From: an uncultured Jannaschia sp.
GTDB lineage: Bacteria; Pseudomonadota; Alphaproteobacteria; Rhodobacterales; Rhodobacteraceae
Length of the DNA: 37,387 bases
Direction: 5' to 3'
Assembly (NCBI GenBank): GCA_964589025.1
Contig: CAZPSB010000001.1
Span: 1-37,387 of the forward strand
Positions 27,348 to 35,368 of this stretch are shown here, piece by piece; the first letter of the stretch is position 1, and each line of letters opens with the position of its first letter. A program made the position numbers and the translations under genes. Below the pieces are notes generated by a model, which was not told the DNA's origin, ran no database searches, and worked only from the letters and a program-made list of their open reading frames with translations.

Positions 27348-27959
27348 TTAGAAATTATACGCGATGCTGACCCCAGCGGTCAAAAGATTAACATCCCCAC
27401 CACTATCCGAAAATGAATGCTGCAAAATTTCACCACCCAAGGTAAAGCGGTCTGACAACAGGTAATCGGCGCCAATGCCATAATAAAAGCCGGTATCACC
27501 GGTATTGCCACGGGTATAATCGGCGCCGCCAATTGTGCCATAAACCAATGTGCGGCCTAGATCATAGCCCAATTCGCCACCCAAGCGATACATTGTCGTA
27601 TCAACAGTGTTGTTTCCAGACAATTCACCACTTGGCATAATGTCGACTTCGCCGGCCAAAACAAGGCTGCCAAAATCACGACGATAGCCGCCGAAAACGC
27701 CGATATTATTACCGGAAAAATCAACGCCGGGCTGGTTGGTTACGGATGCATCCAATACGTAATCATATTGCAAACCTGCATACCACCCATCCCAATAACT
27801 GCGGGGTTGTGTGGGTTCATTAACAACAGGGGTGAATACCTGCTGGGGTGGTGGGGAATAAACGGGTTGTTGGGGTTGGGGTCGGTATTGCGTTGCACCG
27901 CCCGCAAAGGCAGGGCCCGCCAATACAAGAAGGATTGCGGAAAGGGAAAGCTGCTTCAT
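27348..27959 (-). CDS. Outer-membrane beta-barrel protein (8-stranded OMP family, Omp25/RopB-like), paralog 1 with a Pro/Gln-rich N-terminal extension
   Basis: Signal peptide MKQLSLSAILLVLAGPAFA, alternating amphipathic strands rich in G/Y, and a C-terminal ...IAYNF (terminal Phe). ATG 27959 has GAGGC upstream. Confidence 0.8.
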   Translation of the reverse strand: MKQLSLSAILLVLAGPAFAGGATQYRPQPQQPVYSPPPQQVFTPVVNEPTQPRSYWDGWYAGLQYDYVLDASVTNQPGVDFSGNNIGVFGGYRRDFGSLVLAGEVDIMPSGELSGNNTVDTTMYRLGGELGYDLGRTLVYGTIGGADYTRGNTGDTGFYYGIGADYLLSDRFTLGGEILQHSFSDSGGDVNLLTAGVSIAYNF

Positions 27960-27992
27960 TTTTAGCCTCGTTTTTTTTATTATTATGATTTT

Positions 27993-28021
27993 GATATACG
28001 CCGATGTGATTTGAAAATCAA
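27993..28021 (-). promoter_or_regulatory. Sigma-70-like promoter candidate for OMP paralog 1 (TTGATT-N17-TATATC)
   Basis: Read on the minus strand: -35 at 28021-28016 and -10 at 27998-27993. The TTGATTTTCA element recurs upstream of paralog 3. Confidence 0.4.
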
Positions 28022-28101
28022 GATTAAACAAAAGATGGGGGCGATATTTTGCCAAATTATACTTTTAAACTGTGTCACAATGATTTGATTGCATAGATAA
28101 A

Positions 28102-28134
28102 ATGCAAAAAGCGCCGCCAAAATGGCGACGCTTT
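28102..28134 (-). terminator. Intrinsic terminator of OMP paralog 2
   Basis: The minus-strand RNA forms AAAGCGUCGCCA-UUU-UGGCGGCGCUUU (one G-U pair), followed by UUGCAUUUU. Confidence 0.7.
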
Positions 28135-28158
28135 GTCGGTTTGCGGTTTCGCAAATGA

Positions 28159-28728
28159 TTAGAAACGATATGCCGCGTTGATACCAACGGTTAGGATATC
28201 TGCGTCAACACCCGGTACACCATCAAAATCAGACGCGGTATGTTGCAAAACTTCGGCGCCAACTGTGATATTGTCATTGATCATGTAATCAACACCGATC
28301 CCGTAAACGGTTGCCAAGTCATTGCCAGTGCCCAGCGTTACGTCAGCGACACCAACTGTACCATAAACCAAAGCGCGACCTAGGTCATAGCCAACTTCGC
28401 CAAGAAAACGGTTTGTGCCAAAATCATCAGTGGTGCCTGCGTTATCCTCAACTTCGCCTGCAACGGATGCATCAACCGCACCGCCAACAACCCAGTTGCC
28501 GAAATCATAACGATACCCACCAGAAATCACTAAACCATAGCCGCTTAAATCTATGCCACCGACACTTGCACTGGCAATGTGATTATAGCTTAGGCCGCCA
28601 GACCAACCGGTCCAGGTTTCTTCAACGATGGGTTCAACGATAACAATAGGGGCCGGTGCGACAGTGCCGCCGGCATATACAGGGGATGCAATAACAAGGG
28701 CGATTGCAGATAGAGAAAGACGATTCAT
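28159..28728 (-). CDS. Outer-membrane beta-barrel protein, paralog 2
   Basis: Signal peptide MNRLSLSAIALVIASPVYA and a C-terminal ...NAAYRF. Roughly two-thirds identical to paralog 3 by eye. Confidence 0.8.
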   Translation of the reverse strand: MNRLSLSAIALVIASPVYAGGTVAPAPIVIVEPIVEETWTGWSGGLSYNHIASASVGGIDLSGYGLVISGGYRYDFGNWVVGGAVDASVAGEVEDNAGTTDDFGTNRFLGEVGYDLGRALVYGTVGVADVTLGTGNDLATVYGIGVDYMINDNITVGAEVLQHTASDFDGVPGVDADILTVGINAAYRF

Positions 28729-28759
28729 TTTAGCCTCATGAAGTTAATTGTCTGCGGTC

Positions 28760-28788
28760 GCGATACAATTACGGCTGGTATTGTGCAA
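28760..28788 (-). promoter_or_regulatory. Sigma-70-like promoter candidate for OMP paralog 2 (TTGCAC-N17-TATCGC)
   Basis: Read on the minus strand: -35 at 28788-28783 and -10 at 28765-28760, about 30 nt upstream of the ATG at 28728. Confidence 0.3.
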
Positions 28789-28867
28789 GACAAATTATCA
28801 AAGGCACGCTTTGTATCATCGCAATGGGCAAATTCTTGCCGATTGATGGTTTGTTGTCCGCTAGGCA

Positions 28868-28900
28868 AATGCAAAAGCGCCGCCAAAATGGCGACGCTTT
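28868..28900 (-). terminator. Intrinsic terminator of OMP paralog 3 (near-identical copy of the one at 28102-28134)
   Basis: Same stem-loop GCGCCGCCAAAATGGCGACGC with the same flanks (ATGCAAAAGCG...CGCTTTG). A U-tract follows on the minus strand. Confidence 0.7.
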
Positions 28901-28925
28901 GATGATGATCTGATTTTGGTGTGTA

Positions 28926-29510
28926 TCAGAACCGATAGGCCGCGTTTAGACCAACGGTTAGAACATCAATATCATCGCCAGCAACACCGTCAAAATCAGA
29001 TACAGTATGTTGCAATACCTCAGCCCCAACTGTGATGGCATCTGTGATCATGTAATCAACGCCAATACCGTAAAATGTTGCAGTATCGCTACCGGTGCCA
29101 ACTGTTACGTTTGCGGCCCCAACGGTGCCGTAAACCAATGTGCGGCCCAAATCATATCCGGCCTCAAGACCCAAACGGTCTGTCCCGAAATCAACCGCAC
29201 CGGTGCCACCGGCAGCTTCGACATCACCGGCAATGCCGTAATCCAGTTCACCACCGACAACCCAGTTGCCAAAATCATAGCGATAGCCGCCGAACAAAAC
29301 TGCGCCAAACCCGCTTAGATCGGAGCTAGCGCCGCCAGAGCTTAATGTCCCGCTTGCGATATGGTCATATTGCACACCGCCGTAAAAGCCAGTCCAATCC
29401 AGAACGGGTTCAACGGGGGGAACGTAAATCTGAACGGGTTGTGTTGTGCCACCTGCATAAAGGGGTGTTGCCAATACCAACGCGATGGCGGAAAGGGTAA
29501 GTTGCTTCAT
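28926..29510 (-). CDS. Outer-membrane beta-barrel protein, paralog 3
   Basis: Signal peptide MKQLTLSAIALVLATPLYA and a C-terminal ...NAAYRF. ATG 29510 is preceded by GAGGC, whereas the track's start at 29522 would include that RBS. Confidence 0.8.
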   Translation of the reverse strand: MKQLTLSAIALVLATPLYAGGTTQPVQIYVPPVEPVLDWTGFYGGVQYDHIASGTLSSGGASSDLSGFGAVLFGGYRYDFGNWVVGGELDYGIAGDVEAAGGTGAVDFGTDRLGLEAGYDLGRTLVYGTVGAANVTVGTGSDTATFYGIGVDYMITDAITVGAEVLQHTVSDFDGVAGDDIDVLTVGLNAAYRF

Positions 29511-29666
29511 TTTTTGCCTCATTTTATTATATTATGATTAAATGATCCCTACAATTTGCGCATGTGAAAATCAAGGCCAAATATAAATGATATATTTGGC
29601 TGCATTGCAGATATGATGCGCAGAGTGTCTTATATGTAACAGAATTCAAATAATCAGAGGTTTGTC

Positions 29667-30641
29667 ATGGTCAAAACAGCCATCATAGAAACGCCCGGCG
29701 GGCCGGAAAATTTCCGCATTGTTGCGCGTGAAATCGGTGATCCCGGGCCTGGTGAAATTCGCATTCGGCACAAGGCCATTGGCCTGAATTTCATTGATGT
29801 GTATCAACGCAGCGGTCTTTACCCGCTTGATTTTCCACATGCATTGGGGATGGAGGCCGCCGGCCTAGTTGAGGCCATAGGCCCCGGTGTCACCCATTTG
29901 AAACCGGGTGATCGCGCCGCCTATGCCGCCACGCCCCCCGGCGCCTATGCCGAGGCCCGCGTGATGCCCGCCGCCCAAGTCTGCCCTTTGCCCGATGCAA
30001 TTTCCTTTGAACAGGGTGCGGCCATGATGTTGAAAGGCCTGACCACGCAATATCTGTTTCGCCGCACAACGCAAATCAAACCGGGTGATACGGTTTTGTT
30101 TCACGCCGCCGCCGGTGGTGTGGGCCTGATCGCCAGCCAATGGGCCGCATCCGATGGCATTCGCCTGATCGGCACGGCGGGCACAGATGAAAAATGCGCG
30201 TTGGCCAAGGCGCATGGCGCGGCTGAATGCATCAATTACCGCAGCCAGGATTGGGTGGCGCGCGTCAAGGATTTGACCGATGGCAAAGGCGTTGATGTGG
30301 TGATGGATGCCGTGGGCGCCGATACATTTGACGGATCGCTTGAGAGTTTGAAACCGCTTGGGTTTATGATTTCATTTGGCAATGCATCTGGCCCTGTGCC
30401 GCCTTTTTCACTGGCGACATTGGGCGCGAAAGGATCGTTGAAAATAACGCGGCCCACATTGTTCACCCATATTGCCGATCATGATACCTGTCAGGCCATG
30501 GCGCAAGATGTGTTTGCCAAGGTCGAAAGCGGGGCGGTTAAGATCCGCATTGATCAACGTTTCGCATTGGAAGATGTGGCCCAAGCCCATCGCAGCCTTG
30601 AGGCCCGCAAAACCACCGGGTCAACCATTTTGACGCTGTAA
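29667..30641 (+). CDS. qor: NADPH:quinone oxidoreductase (zeta-crystallin-like MDR)
   Basis: 324 aa with LNFIDVYQRSGLYP, GMEAAGLVEAIGPGV and the AAGGVG cofactor loop. Confidence 0.88.
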   Translation: MVKTAIIETPGGPENFRIVAREIGDPGPGEIRIRHKAIGLNFIDVYQRSGLYPLDFPHALGMEAAGLVEAIGPGVTHLKPGDRAAYAATPPGAYAEARVMPAAQVCPLPDAISFEQGAAMMLKGLTTQYLFRRTTQIKPGDTVLFHAAAGGVGLIASQWAASDGIRLIGTAGTDEKCALAKAHGAAECINYRSQDWVARVKDLTDGKGVDVVMDAVGADTFDGSLESLKPLGFMISFGNASGPVPPFSLATLGAKGSLKITRPTLFTHIADHDTCQAMAQDVFAKVESGAVKIRIDQRFALEDVAQAHRSLEARKTTGSTILTL

Positions 30642-30664
30642 CCCGGCCCGGATCAGGCGCGCGG

Positions 30665-30991
30665 TCACGCCCGGCGGCGCGTCTGGCCCAACATCAAGAA
30701 CAAAGCCAAAGGCAGGCCCGCGCTGACGCCAATGCAATATGTGGCCGGGATCACCAGTAAAAACAATGGCTTGCGGTTGCCGATTGCCTCAACCAAGGCC
30801 CAAATGGTTAGGGCGATGGCCGATATCGTCAAATCATAAACCAGCCCCGTTGTGGCATCATTGACATACCACGCATCAATCATGGCTGATAAAGACCATC
30901 CGTTTTCTGCAAACCAGCTGTAGAAATAAAACCATGGCGTGATGATCCCGATAATCAAAAGGGCAAGGTAAATTGCGCGCAGCAGGGTCAT
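30665..30991 (-). CDS. Small integral membrane protein (DUF2834-like)
   Basis: 108 aa with 3-4 hydrophobic helices. The family assignment is from memory only. Confidence 0.5.
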   Translation of the reverse strand: MTLLRAIYLALLIIGIITPWFYFYSWFAENGWSLSAMIDAWYVNDATTGLVYDLTISAIALTIWALVEAIGNRKPLFLLVIPATYCIGVSAGLPLALFLMLGQTRRRA

Positions 30992-31213
30992 AATAAGGCC
31001 TCATTACAATAAATTTATATGCAATTTAGGGCGTCTTGCCGATCTGTCACCTTTTATCTGCGCGCCGCCCGGGCGGGGGGTGGCACCTTGCCGGATGGTG
31101 ATGTGCAAACTTTGCATGCATACCAATCTGATGATTGACCTTTGCACCCCCGCCGCGCTAGGCCTTGTGAATAGTTTATGTTTGCCGGTCTGACGCAGCA
31201 TTCGGGGGGAAAT

Positions 31214-32866
31214 ATGTCTGATATCACACGCGAAAGCATGGATTGCGATATTGTCATCGTTGGGGCCGGTCCGGCAGGGTTATCAGCGGCGATCCGGTTA
31301 AAACAACTGGATGCGGGTCTGAATGTTGTGGTTCTTGAAAAAGGGTCCGAGGTGGGCGCGCATATCTTGTCGGGCGCGGTGTTAGACCCGGTGGGGTTGA
31401 ATGCGTTGATCCCCGATTGGCAAGATCGCGGCGCGCCTGTCACTGTGCCGGTCCGCAAGGATAAATTTTACATGCTGGGCCAAGGCGGCGCGATGCGCCT
31501 GCCCAATGCGATGATGCCATCCTTGATGAATAATCACGGAAATTACATCGTATCTATGGCCAATCTTTGCCGCTGGATGGCCGAACAGGCCGAGGCTTTG
31601 GGCGTTGAAATTTTCCCCGGCATGGCGTGTTCTGAACTTGTGTATAATGATGCGGGCGGTGTGGCCGGTGTTGTGGCCGGTGAATTTGGCAAAAACCCCG
31701 ATGGCACCCCGTCAGATGCCTATGAACCGGGGATGGAATTGCGCGCAAAATATGTGTTTCTGGCCGAAGGCGTGCGTGGGTCACTGACCAAAGAAATCAT
31801 GGCGAAATACGATCTTTCCGCCGGAAAAGACCCACAGAAATTCGGCCTTGGCATGAAAGAGATTTGGGAAATCGACCCCGATAAACATGCCGAGGGCCGC
31901 GTGATCCACACGATGGGATGGCCTTTGGGCAAAAATGCAGGCGGCGGGTCATTCATTTATCACCTTGATAACAATCAGGTTTATGTGGGGTTTGTGACCC
32001 ATCTAAACTATAAAAACCCGCATCTTTCCCCCTATATGGAATTTCAGCGGTTCAAACATCACCCCATGGTGGCCGATTTGTTGAAGGGCGGCAAACGCAT
32101 CGCCTATGGCGCGCGCGCGATTTCCGAGGGCGGGTTTCAATCCATCCCCAAAACCGTAGCGCCGGGTGTGGCCATTCTGGGATGCAGCGCGGGATTGGTG
32201 AATGTGCCGCGCATCAAGGGCAACCATAATGCGATGCTATCGGGCAAAGCCGCCGCCGAGGCCGCGTTTGATGCCATTTCCGCAGGGCGTGCGGGCGATG
32301 AATTGGGCGCATATGACACCGCCCTGCGCACAGGCCCGATTGGCCAAGACCTGAAACCGGTGCGCAATGTCAAACCGCTTTGGTCAAAATACGGGTTGCT
32401 GGGTGGCCTTGGCCTTGGCGGGCTTGATATGTGGACCAACAGCCTGTTTGGTCTGTCGTTTTTTGGCACGCTTTCGCATGGTAAATCAGATGCTGAATGC
32501 ACCGAAAAAGCCGCAGATCATACCCCGATTGAATATCCCAAACCCGATGGGGTTATCAGTTTTGATCGCCTGACCAATGTCAGCTATTCCATGACAAACC
32601 ACCAAGAAAACCAGCCCGCGCATCTGAAATTACTGGATGCAAGCGTGCCGATTGGTGTCAATCTGCCCAATTATGCCGAACCTGCGCAACGCTATTGCCC
32701 TGCCGGTGTATATGAGGTTGTAAAAGACCAAGGCAGCGATCCGCGATTTGTCATCAATTTCCAAAATTGCGTGCATTGCAAAACCTGCGATATCAAAGAC
32801 CCGTCGCAAAACATCACCTGGACTGTACCCCAAGGCGGGGATGGGCCGAATTACCCGAATATGTAG
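31214..32866 (+). CDS. Electron transfer flavoprotein-ubiquinone oxidoreductase (ETF-QO)
   Basis: FAD motif DIVIVGAGPAGLSAA, the C-terminal 4Fe-4S motif CPAGVYE...CVHCKTCDIKDP, and the ending GPNYPNM. ATG 31214 is preceded by GGGGGGA. Confidence 0.95.
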   Translation: MSDITRESMDCDIVIVGAGPAGLSAAIRLKQLDAGLNVVVLEKGSEVGAHILSGAVLDPVGLNALIPDWQDRGAPVTVPVRKDKFYMLGQGGAMRLPNAMMPSLMNNHGNYIVSMANLCRWMAEQAEALGVEIFPGMACSELVYNDAGGVAGVVAGEFGKNPDGTPSDAYEPGMELRAKYVFLAEGVRGSLTKEIMAKYDLSAGKDPQKFGLGMKEIWEIDPDKHAEGRVIHTMGWPLGKNAGGGSFIYHLDNNQVYVGFVTHLNYKNPHLSPYMEFQRFKHHPMVADLLKGGKRIAYGARAISEGGFQSIPKTVAPGVAILGCSAGLVNVPRIKGNHNAMLSGKAAAEAAFDAISAGRAGDELGAYDTALRTGPIGQDLKPVRNVKPLWSKYGLLGGLGLGGLDMWTNSLFGLSFFGTLSHGKSDAECTEKAADHTPIEYPKPDGVISFDRLTNVSYSMTNHQENQPAHLKLLDASVPIGVNLPNYAEPAQRYCPAGVYEVVKDQGSDPRFVINFQNCVHCKTCDIKDPSQNITWTVPQGGDGPNYPNM

Positions 32867-32915
32867 CGGCCAAGCCGGGCCTTTGTGCGCTGTGCGGCGA
32901 TGAAATGAGGATGCT

Positions 32916-34625
32916 ATGACCCTATTTGCCAAATCATTTGTTTGGTCTGTGGTGGCCTTTATCGGCCTGACCGGTACGGGTGTTTTGGCGCAAACCCCCA
33001 ATATGGGCCAAAATTCCGGCCCGTATTTGGCAGGGCGTGTTGCATTGCTGGGCCAAGATTTCGTAACCGCCGCCGCCCAATTTGACGCCGCCCTGACCCA
33101 AGGCGCAGATGACATTTCTTTGTTGGCCGATGCGGTTTATGTTCATGCATTGCTGGGCCAATGGGATCGCGCGGCCATGTTGACCCCGCAGGGCGCGGGG
33201 GCGGCGGGCGCGCGTGATGTGATTGATCTGCCGCTATTTGTGGATGCGATGCGCCGCGATGATGTGCAAGCTGTGGCTGATTTGCTGGCCAGCGGTCAAA
33301 CGGCGGGTCAATTTGTGGATGATTTGATTGCCGCATGGGCGGCCTTTGACGCAGGCGATATGCGTGCCGCTGTGCAATTATTTGAAACGGCAGCAGAAAT
33401 TGAGGGTTTGTCCGGCATTGCCTATCAACATTTGGCCTATGCGCGCGCGGCGGTTGGGGATTTCGCCGGTGCAGATCGTATTTTGTCGGGCGAAGAATTT
33501 GGCCCGCTTTTTCCCTCAGAACGGTTGGGCCGGGCCCATGCGTTGATTTTACATCAATTGGGCCGCTATGAGGATGCAGCACAGGTTTTATCGTTTTTCA
33601 CAGGGGCGGTTGCTGATCCAAGCCTTGTGATGTTTGAAAACCGGTTGTCGCAACGCAACACTGCCGCGCCTTATGATTTTATCGTGACGGCCCAACAAGG
33701 CATTGCCGATGTGTTCTTTGTGGTCGCGGCGGCCTTGGATGCACAAGATGCGCCAGGAAGTTTGGCGATTTTATATGCGCAGGCGGCGGTGGGTGTTGAC
33801 CCCACGCACCAAGATGCGCGGCTTTTGTTGGCGCAATTGTGGCAACAACGCGACCAATCGGATTTGGCGCAACGCGCCTATGAATCCATTCCCAATCAAA
33901 GCGATCATTATATTGAGGCCCAGATGGGTCTGGCGGAATTGTTGTTTGATACCGGGGATGAACGGCGCGCCTTGGCGATAAGCGCCGCTTTGGTTCGAGA
34001 TTATCCCGATTTATCAGCGGCCTATGTCATTCATGGTGATTTGATGCGCCGGGCCGATCAATGCGGTGGCGCAATCGCTGCCTATAGCCGGGCGATTGAT
34101 ATGCGCGATGCAACGCAACGATCCACCGCGCCGCTTTTGTTTTTGCGGGCCGTATGTCATGATCATGTGGGCGATTGGGCCGCGGCCGAAACCGATTTGC
34201 GCGCCGCCCTTGATCTGATCCCCGATGATCCTAGGTTTTTGAATTTTCTGGGCTATGGTCTGGTTGAACAGCGGCGCAATCTGGACGAAGCCCTTGGCAT
34301 GATTGAACGGGCCGTTGAACAACGCCCCACATCTGGTGCGATTGTTGATTCACTGGCTTGGGTTTTGTATCGGCTTGGCCGTTTCGATGATGCGGTTGAC
34401 CCGATGGAACGCGCCGTGACCCTTGAACCAACCGATCCGATTATCAATGATCATTTGGGGGATGTCTATTGGATGGTGGGTCGCCGCAACGAGGCCCGGT
34501 TTCAATGGCAACGCGCCCTAAGCTTTGACCCCACGCCTGAGGATGCCGCGCGTATTCGGCTAAAGCTTGAACTGGGTCTGGATGCCGTTTTGCGCAGTGA
34601 AGGCGGCGTTGGCGCAGTGGAATGA
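32916..34625 (+). CDS. Secreted tetratricopeptide-repeat protein
   Basis: Signal peptide MTLFAKSFVWSVVAFIGLTGTGVLAQ and repeated TPR-like A/L/Y-rich helices through the C-terminus. Upstream of and overlapping ispE. Confidence 0.75.
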   Translation: MTLFAKSFVWSVVAFIGLTGTGVLAQTPNMGQNSGPYLAGRVALLGQDFVTAAAQFDAALTQGADDISLLADAVYVHALLGQWDRAAMLTPQGAGAAGARDVIDLPLFVDAMRRDDVQAVADLLASGQTAGQFVDDLIAAWAAFDAGDMRAAVQLFETAAEIEGLSGIAYQHLAYARAAVGDFAGADRILSGEEFGPLFPSERLGRAHALILHQLGRYEDAAQVLSFFTGAVADPSLVMFENRLSQRNTAAPYDFIVTAQQGIADVFFVVAAALDAQDAPGSLAILYAQAAVGVDPTHQDARLLLAQLWQQRDQSDLAQRAYESIPNQSDHYIEAQMGLAELLFDTGDERRALAISAALVRDYPDLSAAYVIHGDLMRRADQCGGAIAAYSRAIDMRDATQRSTAPLLFLRAVCHDHVGDWAAAETDLRAALDLIPDDPRFLNFLGYGLVEQRRNLDEALGMIERAVEQRPTSGAIVDSLAWVLYRLGRFDDAVDPMERAVTLEPTDPIINDHLGDVYWMVGRRNEARFQWQRALSFDPTPEDAARIRLKLELGLDAVLRSEGGVGAVE

Positions 34626-35365
34626 ATGATGCAATGAACGGTGCAATGAAACGGTTTGCGCCGGCCAAAATCAACCTGGCGCTGCATGTTACGGGGCGGC
34701 GGGCGGATGGGTATCATAGGCTTGATTCGATTGTGTGTTTTGCCGATCTTGGCGATTGGGTCACCTTGACGCCTGCGCCTGCGATTGCCCTTGGTGTGAC
34801 CGGCCCAATGGCCGCCGGCGTGCCCGATGACAATCGCAATCTTGCCTGGCGGGCGGCGGCGATGTTTGACCCCAATATCGGTGTGGATATCCATTTGGAA
34901 AAACACCTACCGGCGGCAGCGGGCATTGGCGGGGGGTCATCGGATGCGGCGGCGGTGTTGCGGGGTATTGGCGAAGATATCAAGGATATTCCCACGCTGC
35001 CGCCCCTTTATGCGGTGTTGGTAACGCCCAATATTGCGGTGCCGACGGGGGTTGTTTTTAATGGCTTGACCTGCGCGAATACTGCGCCCTTGCCGCCGCT
35101 GCGCTGGAGCGGTTTTGCCGATTTTATCGCATGGTTACAGATCACACGAAATGATCTGGAACCACCCGCCTGCGCCTATGCGCCTGCGATTCGTCAGGCG
35201 ATTTCACGATTGCAGGGCCAACCCCATTGCGCCCTTGCCAGAATGAGCGGATCCGGCGCCACCTGTTTTGGCCTGTTTGAAAAACGCGATCATGCGCAAA
35301 CCGCCGCCCGCGCCCTTGCCGCCACATATCCCGATTGGTGGGTGCAGGCCGCGATGCTAAACTAG
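34622..35365 (+). CDS. ispE: 4-diphosphocytidyl-2-C-methyl-D-erythritol kinase, unusually short (internal segment missing)
   Basis: APAKINLALHVTGRRADGYH, GHMP motif AAGIGGGSSDAAA and C-terminal SGSGATCF are present. The ORF is only 239-247 codons and lacks the GADVP region. Confidence 0.85.
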   Translation: MNDAMNGAMKRFAPAKINLALHVTGRRADGYHRLDSIVCFADLGDWVTLTPAPAIALGVTGPMAAGVPDDNRNLAWRAAAMFDPNIGVDIHLEKHLPAAAGIGGGSSDAAAVLRGIGEDIKDIPTLPPLYAVLVTPNIAVPTGVVFNGLTCANTAPLPPLRWSGFADFIAWLQITRNDLEPPACAYAPAIRQAISRLQGQPHCALARMSGSGATCFGLFEKRDHAQTAARALAATYPDWWVQAAMLN

Positions 35366-35368
35366 TGG

